Assembly: GCA_013265495.1 (NCBI GenBank)
Contig: MU058337.1
Coordinates: 4,630,716-4,694,715 of the forward strand
DNA from: Vicugna vicugna
Lineage: Eukaryota
Length of the DNA stretch: 64,000 nt
Direction: 5' to 3'
The position numbers and the translations under genes are program-made. The notes beneath the pieces are model-generated. The model had not been told where the DNA came from and made no database searches. It saw nothing but the letters and a program-made list of their open reading frames with translations. Positions 11,884 through 25,201 of this stretch are shown piece by piece (the first letter of the stretch is position 1; the number at the start of each line of letters is the position of its first letter).

Positions 11884-12394
11884 ATCAAAGAACTTAAAAA
11901 AAAATTGTTTGAATATTATTATGGAATAGTAAACAACAAAAGCTAAGTAAATATCTTAGCCTCCATTTAGAATTAATACAAGGCTGAATCAGTTTGAATT
12001 CGGCTTTGAACTTTGAGTTTTCCTGTTAATTACTGAGAATTCAGGAATATATGAGAATAAGGCTGTTTCCCCAATTTTTTTTTTCCCCCAATTTTGACAG
12101 ATGGTTTTTGGAAGTTTGCAATCAGCTTTAGTTTGCTGGCTTATATAAACACAAAACACCTTATCAGTCTTTCCTGATCACAACTGAGAGAAATAAAAAA
12201 GCTCGATAAAGTAAAATCATTGTTTCAAAGTGATATTAATAGAAAATAAAATGCCAGGGTGACGCAGAAGAGCCTTTGAAATGTTAGATTCTCAGACAGA
12301 TTCAACTTCAAAGACTACTTTATTCTCCGAAGCAAATGTTTTTTATCATTCATCTTCAAAAGATTTTAGTTCATTTGTGTGACTTCAGGAGATT

Positions 12395-12480
12395 CTCATT
12401 TATTCACTGATCAGACAATTATTGAGTGCCTATAGCGTGCCAGGCATTGTGCGCGGTGCTCGAAATGACAAAACAATTGA
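12395..12480 (-). mobile_element. L2 3' tail fragment
   Basis: attattgagtgcctatagcgtgccaggcattgtgc resembles the antisense L2 terminus. Confidence 0.55.
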
Positions 12481-14289
12481 AAGGAGTTTCTGTTGGGCTC
12501 AAGTGGTGCAAAGACAAAGGGCCAAAGTAGAACTCCAGTGGCCGAAGAATTATCCTTCCAAAGATAAGTTTTTGTAATGGGGTGAGTGGTTTAATGGGAG
12601 AAGTAAAGGGAGTAATATTTTCTGCGTACTAACAATAGTTTTATACATCCTTTATTTTTAAAATTCTGTTTGATGGATTTTCATATGTCAGCCTGGGCTA
12701 TTTATGTTAAAGGCCAGAAAATTTCAAAAATTAAACATTCACTATTAGACATTTCATCAGCTGAGATACTGTTTTATTGCAGAGATATAAATTACGTGAT
12801 CTGCTCTACAGTTCTGGTTTGAAATTTAAATAAATACAAGTAAGGAAACATTGAAGGGAAGAGAATTAAAAAAAAGATACGGCTTCCTATATGTCAGTAG
12901 AGATGTTTTCATAAAGAATTACCAAAAGGTTTGCATGTCTGCCCTTTAAACAGTTCCTATAAAATAGATGTGCTAATAGTTATTATATCCCAAATAATGT
13001 TCTAAACTAAGGTGGTGTGGATATTTAGGCTCCAGTCATATTTCACATCACACCCTTAGTGTGACGGCAGACAGAGCACTTGCACACATGCTGTGTCCAT
13101 GTGCAACATCTTCAGAAAGGTCCAAGCAAAGCCAAACACCAAAACATGTTTCTGCAAGGGGTTTGGTAGCCCTGAGTTACCAGCCCTCTTCCCGACTGCC
13201 GTCGCCATTAAAGCTCAGACTTCTCAAACGTCGTCAGCTGTGTGTCAAAAAGAGGGAGGACTCACCAGGATCAAAAGGTAGGCCATGCGTCCTCACTTGA
13301 AGGAAGGAAGTGTTTGCCTTCTCTCAAAATGAATCCCAGGGGTTGTGTTCGTAGTGTGGCTTTTAGGGGATTATACAAAGAACCTTCAGGAATATTATTA
13401 AATATTATTTATTTAAAAAAATGAATACTTGATTATGCTCATAATTGTTTTTCATAGTACTGCAAACAATTTCTGACTCAGCAGCGATGTAATTAATCAA
13501 TATAGATTTATTGAGTACTTTTCGTGCACCACAAATGAATGGGTTAGTGGGAAAAGTAGGATAAAGTGTAAATTATGATATTCATTGGTACCTTCATTTA
13601 AGAAATGGCCAGTAGGCATTTTGTATGAACAAACCCCACCAGTGAGCATTATGAGTGATAGGAGTGAAATTGCCCTGAGTGGTCTTTGGCCACAGAGGTA
13701 AGATGCCATGCAGGAAATTAAAACTCTTCAATGAAATAGATGCTGAGTGCAACATTCAGATAATAGATACTGTGGCTATTTAAGCCTTTAAAAGGAAAAG
13801 GGGGGTTTTATGGAAGAGGTGGAACTTGAAAAGCTGTGTGACAGGGAAGCTTCGAGAGGTAGGATGTTTCCTTCAAAGGAGGGCAGATGAACGGTGGTGG
13901 GGAAAATGGAACAAGTAAAGGTGGTGCTGGGGAGTAAAAGCTCATAATGCATTCAGGACAGAGGATGTAGACATATCTGGTAAGAATGGTCAATAGTTGT
14001 CTAGGATGCTTTGTCCCCTAAATTAAAACATCCACTGGTGAGATTACTTAATTCCGTCTATAAGGTTGAAGCCTGCCCTAAACAATGAGCCCAATTTTGC
14101 CCTCAGTCAGAGTATGTTCTAAGAACCAATGAATGGTTCAGGTTGGTTTTCCTTCCTTCTGCAGCTGTGTTGCTGTTAAACCCTATTCCAGGAAGAGTAC
14201 TCTCCTCTTGGTCCTCGTTACCAACCACCTCCCTTGTATCACAGTTTTGCAACTACACCTCTGTTTGCCTTGAGATATCTGCCTTGGCT

Positions 14290-14460
14290 TCATGTCCTGT
14301 GTAACTGGCTGTTGCAACACTGGGCAAATTGCTTACCCTCTCTTTCCCTCCATTTTATCATTTGTAAATTGGAATGAAAATAGTTTCTACCTCATTGGAA
14401 GTTATAAGTGTTAAGAACATTTAGAACAATGGTACCTGGAACTTACTAAGCACAATAAAA
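14290..14460 (+). mobile_element. MIR SINE
   Basis: ctgggcaaattgcttaccctctc...ttttatcatttgtaaattggaatgaaaatagtttctacctcattgg resembles the MIR core. Confidence 0.65.
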
Positions 14461-14895
14461 GTACAAAAAGGCATCAAAGTATTATTTTGGCTAGTTTACA
14501 AAGATTTGGCTTATCCATTCCCTAAGCAGAGGTCTGAAAGAGTGGAGAGTTTGTGAAGGGAATCATTAGAAGTAGTAGAATGTAGTATACTCTCAACAGT
14601 CTAATAACAAAGTAGAGGAAAACTCCAGGCAAAGATTGTGTGGTGTTAATTCTTAGTGTAATATATACTAACTGTGTGAATCACATATTTTGCAAAAAGG
14701 CAGGGGAGATTTCGAGGTTATTCAGGAAGCAGGCTTCTTACTGATGAGATAAAAATGCCAACTAGCATTTATCCCACCAATCATTTAGTTCATCCTGTTT
14801 CTAGAAATGCACATATGTAAATCATTCCAAGGAAGTTACTTTTCTAGACTTTTTATTATCTTCAGAAAACAGCTACGAAGAATATATTTCATATA

Positions 14896-14948
14896 GTGCA
14901 CACGCGTGAGCACGCGCGCACACACACACACGCACATACACACACACA
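14896..14948. repeat. Mixed (CA)n/(CG)n alternating purine-pyrimidine tract
   Basis: gtgcacacgcgtgagcacgcgcgcacacacacacacgcacatacacacacaca, read directly. Confidence 0.9.
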
Positions 14949-16740
14949 AAGTTCTTCTTATTGAAGTCGTGAAATAGCCTTTGAAACAGCATTCAAAACT
15001 AAAAGAATAGTTTTAATCTGGGTACTAAGAACATTCATCAAATCACCAAAGGGATTATTATGGAATTATAAATATTATCCTTTGCTCTGTGAATAATTTT
15101 CTCTGACATCAGGAGACTACAAGTTTGTAGTAATTTCTAAATGAATAAACGTGTTTAATTTTATGGCCCTCCAAGATTTATTTTCTTTCTTTCATGCATT
15201 TGGTGACTCCTCCCTGCCGTTTTGCAAAAATATGTGATATTTTGCAAACAAAGTGGTAACACACATAGATAGCTAAAGACTTGTAAACATTGTTTGCAAT
15301 AATAAACGATGATTTTATTAATTATTTGGGGTTTTCCATACTCATCAGTCAGCAAGAAATATCAGTTACAAATTTTTTAAGTAGGATAGTTTGCATTTAA
15401 ACCATGAATAAGCATTTGTGTTTGAAATCGCCATTGAAATGCTTTAATTTTATGTTTCTATTATTTTATAGCTTATGCACAAACACAGGGTGCTGTACTT
15501 AAATCAATGCATAGATTTGTATTTAATCTGAAAAATGTACGTTAAAATTAACATAGTAACTTAACTTCTTAAAATTTTAGGGCAGAAAATATCTCATAGA
15601 GCATCTAGTCTTATTCCATTGTTTTTAAAATGAGGAATTGTATTTAGAGGAATTGCTTCTTCTGTTACTCTCCTGTTGTTCATATTATACAAAGATTAAA
15701 CTTTAGCCAAAGTATAGTTTACTAAAGAGTTTTTTTCCCCTTAGGACTTTGCTGTGTTTATCCTCATCAGGTTCCTCATTTATCCAGCAACCCTCAGTCA
15801 TTACCTTAGCCAACAGTTCTATTGAGGATTTACTTTCTGTAGACTCCTTCAGTGGGTAATGAGTAGATCAAGACAATCTTAGGAAGTTTTATGATCGTTC
15901 TTTGTAAAAGAACTAAGATTTGGAGACCCTTGGGTGGGCTACCTGAAATATATTTTTGTGTGTGCAAGAGCTGTTTCCTTGCGTTTGAGATGATACCGGG
16001 GTGTCAGCGTGCGGCAGAGTGCTGCTCTGTCACTGGAAAAGGAAAAAGCACAAATTGACTACAGTGTTTCCTGCAGCTCCAGGGCCAGGACTGTTTCTGT
16101 AACACCTTTTTACCCTTCACATTTTTTAGTTATAGAAACAAACTATTAAAGGTTATCTAGTTATACCCACTTTTAGGAAGTAAGTGTCAACAATTATTGA
16201 CTACTGCATTCTGGTGTTTTATATGCATTATTATTACATGTAAGTAATACTGCAGTGTGCATATGTGATCTTCAGTTTACAGTGGAAAATTGAAATTTGA
16301 AAACATTTACTGACCCAGACCCACTCAAGGTTACATTGCCAGTGAGTGGCATTCTTGAATTTAAGGATTAGGGAATAAAATAAATGACTTAATACCACTT
16401 AATGACTCCCTTATGAGCATATACATTAGAGAAAAGCAATTTTGATCACATCTTTTCAATGAAGAATCGTTCAAGTGGATAATAAATTCAGAGAAATATT
16501 CTAATGTAAATCTTTGAAAATACTTATATTTCCTAAGAATGATTGGAATCTATACTGAATGTGAAGGATATAGAAAAATAAAACTTAGGGCAAAGCATTG
16601 TTTTTCAGTGCAAATTTTTGGATAATGTCAGTAAAGCATTTTCTTCTAGTTTGCTTGATACGTGTCCCCTATAATTTCATTCACATCTATCAGGTCTCAA
16701 ATCCATATTCAGCATGTCCCCACATGGGTTCTGCAGATAT

Positions 16741-17200
16741 TGTAACAGAGATTACTAGTTCTTCTTCACTCTCTAGTGTCCCCTTCTTTCATAGCAAAAG
16801 ATATTCTAGCCAAGCCCATGACCATGTCCCTAAAGATTGTATTCCCAGCTGCCCTTGCCAATATTGTGGTCATGTGATCTAGCCATACTCCATAGGATAT
16901 GAGTGAAAATAGTGTGAAAAATTTCCAGGAAATTTGCTTAAAATAGAAGATGTAGTTTGTCCACTTTTCTCTACTGAATGGAATGTGAATGCTGAGGGTA
17001 GGAGCTGGAGCAGTCATCGTAGGATGTGAAGCATTGCCTGCTGAGGACTGCAGAGCAACAAAGCAGAAGGAGCCTGGTCCCCCACGTTGTGGAGCCGCCG
17101 TGTCTGTTTTGCACTGCTTGTCTGTCTCAGAGAGATCAGCTGCTTCTTCCTTGCTGAAGCCCCTGTACATTTTCACACTGACAAGCCGTGTCCTAACATT
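16741..17200 (+). mobile_element. MaLR solo LTR (MLT1J-like)
   Basis: attcccagctgcccttgcc...gtggtcatgtgatctag...ggagctggagcagtcatc...gcagagcaacaaagcagaaggagcctggtccc resembles MLT1-family LTRs. Confidence 0.7.
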
Positions 17201-17419
17201 TTCAGATATTACTAAGTATGACTTGAGAAAAGGGATCTGTAGACAAAACATTTACCTCAACAAAGCTAGAAAGTTTTTTTTTTTAATTGCAGGACTTCTC
17301 AGAGCTTTTATTATATGAGTGTTGGGGTGAATCTCCAAGAGGAGGTATGCAGAACTTCTAATTTTTTAATGATGAAAATCATTTTTAAAATGGGGCATCC
17401 TTGGACTTATGTATGTGGA

Positions 17420-17960
17420 TTGCATTTTGAGAGCAGCAACTTTCGGATGCACAACTTCAGGAAGCTCTTAGTGGCTGAGCTTAAGATAAATGTTGAGAGT
17501 GGTCCATTGAGGGTAGATGTGGGCATGAAGAAGTTTTGGTCTAGAGAGCCATTCAATTGACATAATTGGTGAGATATCTAGATGGACGTGTGGAGCATGC
17601 TTTTGGGAGTAGAGGTTTGAAGCTTGGAGACATGAGAAATCTGAGAAGTGAATTTGGGAGTCATTTTCTGTGACAGCTGAAGCATGGAATGGATGTGGAA
17701 TAAAAAGACGAAACCCAGGATAGGATTTGGGAAACAACCCATTTAAAGTGCTGGTGGAGGAAGAAGAGCTGAGAGGTTAGGATCAGAGCAAAAATGGAAT
17801 GAATAGGAAATGCAGAGTCAAGGATTCCAACAAGGGAAGGTTGTCAGTTTGGAAAATTAGGAAATTATTGGCGACCATGGTGGAGTCGATCATGTCAGAG
17901 GAGCAGTGGAGGCAGGGATCCAGTTGCTCTACTTTGCAGAGTGAATGACTGTGAGGAGGG
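17420..17960 (-). mobile_element. L2 LINE fragment
   Basis: Purine-rich segment with atttgggagtcatt...agctgaagcatggaatggatg and tcattggcgaccatggtggag-like L2 antisense motifs. Confidence 0.6.
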
Positions 17961-20239
17961 AGATGAGGTGGGGCCACACGTGCTAGAATGTAGGCAGGAC
18001 ACAGGCTACTTGGCTGGGCTGCTGAATAGAATTTTCATGGATAGGGTCGCTCTTGCTTCCTCTTCAGTGGACGTTCTAAATCCACAGAAGCTTCAAGGGA
18101 CAATGGCAGCACAGGCCATTGGGCCACATTTCCTGCCTTCTGAGCACACTCTGAGCCTACATCCGGACTCTGAGTTTTGATGCTACTCTATTTATAACCA
18201 ATAAAAGGAATGTCTTCCTTTGTATCAAAACAATGGCTTTATTTCATTTAAAATGATTTTTATTTACCTTTATTGAAATATCACTCTTGAAAGCTCAAGC
18301 ATTTGGGAAAAAATAGAAATCCAGAGCAGAAATAGATGAAATCCAAATTCAGTTCCCCAGGCACTTGGAAAGTGCCTCTTTGTTCTGTTCCTTTTATGCT
18401 TGTTGGCTGAAGATTCCTTCCATTCATTCCTATAACCCTGGTGTTAGGTCCCTTTGAAATTTACATAGAGTTGACTCAGACTCCCAACTCCATTTTCTAT
18501 AGGAAGCTCAACATCCTCTACAGACTTTCTGTTATTTCCCAGGGGCTCATGTTCTCATTTTTACCCTAGAGCTGTTTTCATATTCCTGCTGACTCTGGAT
18601 CTCATTTTTATCTCAGTTCCTGGAGCTATTATTTCTCTGTCCCTGCATACTCCCAAAACCACCATTCAAACAAGGTGTTGGCTTATAATGGCTTTACTGA
18701 AGGTTTGCAGTGATGAAGGCAGTTCACCTCAAAGACCAACTCTGACTTGCTTAATAACTGAATGCCCTGACTGCCCTGCCACTTGGAGGTTTTTTTTGTT
18801 TTGTTTTGTTTTTTAACTGACCCTTTTCTGCATGATCAAACCCTCTGTTAAGTTGCTGTCTGCTGCCCCATCCACTCTCACTGAGGACTTGCCTTCTCTC
18901 CTTTCTAGATGCCTCCTCCACCCTCCAGATTCTGTTAGCATTTCATGGAGCAGTCAAGCTATCACTTGCTTTTGTTGTTTTCACATAAGGCATCCCCCTT
19001 GGGCCACATTTCTCTGCCTAAAGCAGTCTTTTCAGGTATTTCCCTAAATAAAGGCAGTTCTCTCCCTTAGGGAAACTCTGGTGCCAGCTGTTAAAATGAC
19101 ATTTTTTTCAACCTGCTACATAATTTTTAAAAGATAAATATGTTGTTTATTCTTCAGTGGCTGACATGTCTGGATACTGCAGAAATAATTGCCTATTTTC
19201 CCAGCAGCATGTGGTCTAAGTAGAGACTGTTATTTGAACATATTGAATAAAAGAAATAATAATTATTACTTAATACGTACAGACCTGCATCCACAATATA
19301 CTCAAATGATGCTTGTAATTGTTACTTACTGTGTGGAGAGCTTCCTCCCTGATACATTAAATCATGCACATGGTACCTCTTTAAGCCTGGTCCCTGAGCA
19401 GTGTGTCTCTTTTCCAGGTCACTCTTTTCCAGGAAGATATAACTTTGCAAACAGTCAGGGTAACATTTGGGAGCAGACTCTGAAGGCATCCTGTGCATTC
19501 AGCAGGAAAAGGGGATGGCTGGATGTTTTCCAGGGGAGCCTAGGTACATTTCAAATGGAATTCCTAACGGATTTTATTCTGAACAAGATGTTAATAGTTA
19601 TATTAGAAAAGCTTAGACTTTAAACTGTGTTGTCTCTGAGAGGGGCTTCATTTTTATTGATTTGCTTTTTTTGCGGTGAGCAAGACAAAGGAGAGAAGCG
19701 ATTACTTAATACACAGTGGTCACGGTGCCAGTTACTTTCTACTGGTATTTGATGTCATCCTCACGATCATTCTGAGAGGGAGGTAACATCCCTGTTTGCA
19801 GATTAGAAGTGGGGCTCTTAGAGAGGTTGCATGGAGAGAAGGGTAAAGTTAGGCTTCAACTCCAGTGCGTCTCACCGTGACAGTTCAGAATGTGGAAATC
19901 ACAATTCTCCATTACTCACTTCTTGAACTTAAGACTTTGTATTCCTGTTCTTTCTATCAGAAAGTTTATGAGCACAGCACCGTGTGGTTCTTTAGGAGGA
20001 GGAGTAAGACAGATGTCTTTTGTAGGGAGAATAAAGCTGTTTCAGTGAAGGAGTTGAGTCACTAGGACTGTTTTCCTTTGTATGCTTTTTTTTTTCCCTA
20101 AAACTGTTCATTTTCTGAATGCATCAGTACTCTTGTTTTAAAGTGCTGTTTTAAAAAATGGGAAATATATTAAAATAGCACGCTTAATAAACATGTAATA
20201 TTGTTCATTAGGGAGATGGTTGTACTTACGTGATTCAGA

Positions 20240-20470
20240 GCAAGGCCCAGGGGCTCTGGCCTTGAATGCTTGATCCATCCCATGTCTTTCTAGGTTGATA
20301 ATCCTTTAGGAAAATTAGAGGCTTCTCTCTGTGGCTTTGTTTCCTTTTCCCCTGAAAGATGGTAAAAGATAAGAATAATACTATCTTATAGTTATGGTGA
20401 AGATTAAAGTGTGCAAGTATTTGGAAAGTGCTGAGAAGAATGATGTATAGTAAGGGATAAATAAGCTTGT
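20240..20470 (+). mobile_element. Diverged MIR SINE
   Basis: ctctctgtggctttgtttcc...gataagaataatactatcttatagttatggtgaagattaaa...aaagtgctgagaa follows MIR order. Confidence 0.6.
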
Positions 20471-20599
20471 GAGTATTGTAAGTTGATGAGGAACAATACA
20501 CAATAGTAATAAAGACATTCATATTAAGACGTAACTCACAGTTGGACCATTAAGAAGAAAAGTCTGGCAACTGAACTAATTAAATATAACATGTAGATT

Positions 20600-20995
20600 T
20601 TGTTAAAATATTGCTAATTGTAGTGTTATTTTTATAGCCAAAAGGTGGAAATAACCTAAACCTCCAACAATGCAGAAATAGTTAAACAGATAAGTTTATA
20701 TATGATGGTAGCTACCAAAATATCACGTTTTCCAAATAAATGTATTTCATGGAAAAAAGATTAAAACATTATATTTAACTAATCTTTATGTATGGATGTA
20801 TGTATATATGTGTATTTATCTCTATACATATACATATAAAGGACTGCAAAGAAATACAGCTATATGTTAGTAATAGTAATCTTTCAGTAAGTGATTACAG
20901 GTAATTCCCCCTGCCCCCCACATTCTTCTTCCACAAGTTCTCAATATTTTTATAGTCCTAAAATACCATTGAAATAAAATAAAATAAAAATTAAC
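20600..20995 (+). mobile_element. Old L1M 3' end
   Basis: tttatagccaaaaggtggaaataacctaaacctccaacaat... ending in aataaaataaaataaaaa. Confidence 0.55.
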
Positions 20996-23900
20996 CCAGA
21001 TGATATATAAGCCACAAATTATGTACTGTATATCATTACATCATCTTTCCTTCCTAGACACTCTGTGCAAAGGTGCTGTTGGAGGGGCTTCAGACACTCT
21101 GTGTTTCCATGTGGGGTCACAGCGCATGCGTCATTACACCTTAGAGGTGATGCTACACCTTCTGTATTTGGTTGAAGGTGATTTCCTCTTTCACAATTGT
21201 TGTTTTCTTTCAACCACTTAACTTAAAATTAACAAATGAACATTATGATAGCAGCAGAGAAGAGTTTTGCAGGGTCATACATATCTTGGAGTTTAATGAA
21301 TGTTTTTTGTACACAAAGTATATGTAGTGAAGTTTACTTTTGGGGTCACATGCCTAAAATCCTGCATTTTAGAGGATCTTGCTTTTATTTTCTGAAAGAA
21401 TGATGCATTTGAACCTATGCTCAGCCACCTCCTGTTTAATCTGCCCAGCCTGCTGATGAAATGCATTAGCTTATACAGAAATAGCTTTAGGAATGGCTAG
21501 GAGCTGATGTCAATATATATCACTGTTTTGTTCACTCTTATCTTAGAAGCTACCCTTCCAGAATTTTTAGGTTGTCTACTTTTCATTCTCTGATGGGCAA
21601 AACTTTGAGCCTCAGGAGACAGCTGCCAATTAGCTCTATCATTCTTTGAAAACCGTTTTACCTCCCAAGCCTCTGTTTCTTCATCCGTGAAAAAAGAGAC
21701 TCTTCAGACCCTTAGCCTATGACCAGGAAGCCTCTTTTAATGGGCTGCAGACATTAGTTGGATGTCAAAGGGACTTAAATCTACACTTGTGTTATTTCAC
21801 TAGAATTCAGTCATAGAAACTGGAAGCAGAGCCATTTAAGCCGAATGATGGCTGGACTCCCACCTTGACTACAGTTCTTAAAGGGGCTCTTCAAAGACTG
21901 TCAGCCCAAGAGAAGCATTTACTCTAAGGGTCGCATTTGGTTTTGAGCCAGTCACTTTTTGAAGTGAATTGAACAGATAATAATCCCAGCCGTGTATCAT
22001 TTGCAGTCTGATATAGTTAATAAAGACTTGGCCAGGGACAGTGAGGATGTGAATTTAAAAAGACACATGCATTCAATCGGATCAGTTACATAAGTAGCCT
22101 AAGAAGTCACCAGGTGCCGGAGTACCTCTGTGGGTTCACTTTCACAGATGCAAATACATGTCAGCCAGGAGTTTGAACAGCTATAAAATTAGTGGAAAAG
22201 GGGTTTCAACTTTTTTCCCCTTTCCTTGGTGAGATCCAGTAAATGACTGCAGATATGAAAGGTCTTCCCTGTCCTGGGATCCTCCCCTGCATGGGATGCT
22301 TTCCAGCAGGATAATGGAAGGCGACAGAGCAGAGCCTGGGGCTGGCCTCCTGATCCGGCCTGGAGCGCTTCCCGGTCCCCCTCCCTGGGGAATGGAAGAG
22401 TGAGTCTGCAGGCTGCAGGTTGGACTGGTGAGTTAAGGTAATGAGGAATCTTCTAAAGAACCCCAGTGGGCATGGCCTGGAGCCAGCATGCTGCCCCCAC
22501 ACTTGACGGAGGGCATCCAGGCCACTGGACGTTCCCCGAAGGATGGAAGGAAATTGATAGTGGGGGGGTCTCTCCTACAGGTCAATGAGTGGTGGCTTTT
22601 CCAAGGTTTGAATAACTTTCAGCTTAGATACAACTTTCGAATTAAACAGGAATGTATAAATTTAAGGCAAAGGGACGTTGAGGTTGTTTAAAATAGGAAT
22701 ATAAAGTCAATAATGATTTCTAAAATAGATTTTCTCTACAGTCTTTCTAAAATAGAATCTCATCAACTACCAACTCTGTTGTCTAGCATCTGTTTAAAAA
22801 TAAGGTTGGTAAAATTGGCCATATTCTGGTAATGTAGCAGTTGATAAAATTAAAATCTACAAAAATACCTGGACAGATAAAAGAATTGAAATGAAAAATG
22901 AAAAAAGTCAGGCAAAGTATTAACGCTGGCATTGTCTTTCTAGGTTGATAATCCTTTAGCAAGCATCCCAGCTTCATAATCTATGCTTTTTGACCTCCAC
23001 TAATTTTATAAGGGTGACCATCAACACAGAGACCCATAAAAACGCCACGAAATTAGTCAAAGCCACCTTCTCCTATTATTAACGGCAACTCTAAGACCTT
23101 GCAACCTCTAATTCTTTGCATCGTTTACTGTCAACTTTAAAATGTCTTGTTCGTAACTAAACACATCATTCATGTGTTTCTAGTTGCTTATGTAAGATAT
23201 TGCTCAAATAAAATATTCCCTAAAAACATTAAAGGCCAGACACACACATCCCTTTGCAGTGTTTCAGAAAGAAGACTATGTATGCCGTGACAGTTATGTG
23301 TTTTTAGGCAACTTGAGTAATGCACTAAAGGCTTTACAACTCTTCTTAAAAGGCTAAAGGATTCTTTGAACTGACAGTGAACAGTCTTTTCAGAGCTGCA
23401 GAATTTTTGTTTGATGGCAGCAAATGTAATAAACTATAAGAAAGCCTCTGTAGTCTAAATATGTCTGTAGTTTGAAGAAGATTCTAAGAGATCTTTGCCG
23501 AAGTGCTTCTGATATAGCAATGATAAACTATACATGATAATTATATATATAAAATGATAAATGATAATTATGTGTACGTATTTTTTTCACGGTAGACAGA
23601 TAGAAGTTTCCAGAAAGCTCTAATTCGTGGAAGTCAGTAGTTAAGGTAAAAGCAGAATTTCTGAGACTTCACCTCTGCAACGGTGTTGATTTATGGCATC
23701 CCATGCAATCCTCAGGATGCCGGAGTCTCCACGTTACTAATGGAACAAAATCTCAGATTGAGTAATTTGCAGAAAACCATTCCATTGAGTCTGACTCCAA
23801 AGTTCACAGTCATTTCATGCTGCACGGTGCTTCTGAATAATAGTAATGAATTCCACTTTCATATTTGCGCAGTAGTAAGATAGTAGTTCAAGAAGTGTGT

Positions 23901-25167
23901 GTGATATAGGTTTTGTTTATTTTTCTTTTTTTTCACTATTTATTAGCAATAAATCATCTAAAAAATGTTTTTATTCTTGACCAATCAGTTGTCTTATTCT
24001 GTCATCCTTCCTATCTCAGTCAAGGTCATCACAGAATGTGTTAGATTGCAAATGATACGTGGCTGAGATCATATCTGTTCAATTCACTTTGAAAAATGAA
24101 TTTAGATCACTTGAAAGTTAATATGCAAAAATCACCTTAAATAAATTTCCTTTTTTTTCCTAGTCTTGGGAAGATTTTAAGGAAGTTAAACTGGAGGCAC
24201 AGTAGTTTTTTGGGTTAAGCAGAGGTGACATTGGGAAGGGAAATCGCCTTGGAGGATCCAGAATTTGGACTCACATGTCACAAAACAGGACTTTGAGATA
24301 CCATTTCTGTTCTAAAATTTAGGAATTCATCAGTCACAAAAGTCTGAGACCCAGATTCTATATCTGATGTTCTTTGCAAGGATCTCTGTAAGCCACTGGA
24401 ATTATTGGCAAGTTGTTTCCCAGTGGAGTGCCTTCCTGTCTGAAAGCTTAGCTCATTAGTCTTCAGTTCAATTTTACCTTTGCTTTTTGAATATTCCAAA
24501 GTTACTGTTAATTTGAGGATTATGAGAGGAATCCCTCCAGTGTTAAATGCAAAATTTTCAGAGATTATGAAGAAAAGAAGACATAACAGCTCCTAGTCCA
24601 GGCATCATGATTTAAATTCTTCATTAGATAGTGCATTTTTAATTTATAAAAAAAATACCAAGGATGAACCATTTATAATTTTAGAGCGAAAAAAGAGAGA
24701 TGTGTCAAGAGGCAGAGAAATGGCTTCTGCACAGTATTACAGAAAGTATTATCTATGAAGTCACATCACAGAGAAAATAGTTAACCTTTGTCATTTAATG
24801 TGAAGACAGAAGGACTTACCTGAAAGCACTTGGGAGAAAATGCTTCAAATATATGCCAAGATTCTGCTATAGGCAATGGAAAAACCTCGATGTGTTCTTG
24901 TCAAGTCAACATATATTTAATTAGTTAGTGTGGATTTCAAACATATTTATAAGTTGAATGTTATCATTACCAATATGTAAATAATTTCTTAAATAATGAT
25001 GACAAACAAACAAAACAAAATCTCTGCTTTGGGCCTAAAGTATACAGGCATGTTTCCTGCACTCTGTAGTCGAGCATCAAAGATGTAATACACCAAGTCA
25101 GACATAACCAGAATATGGGTTCAAGCAGTGGTTTTCAACATTTCCTTCACCCAGAGCTCCTTTTGGG

Positions 25168-25201
25168 ATGTGTGTGTGTGGTGTGTGTGTGTGTGTGTGT
25201 A
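25168..25201. repeat. (TG)n microsatellite, interrupted once
   Basis: tgtgtgtgtgtg-g-tgtgtgtgtgtgtgtgtgt, read directly. Confidence 0.9.
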
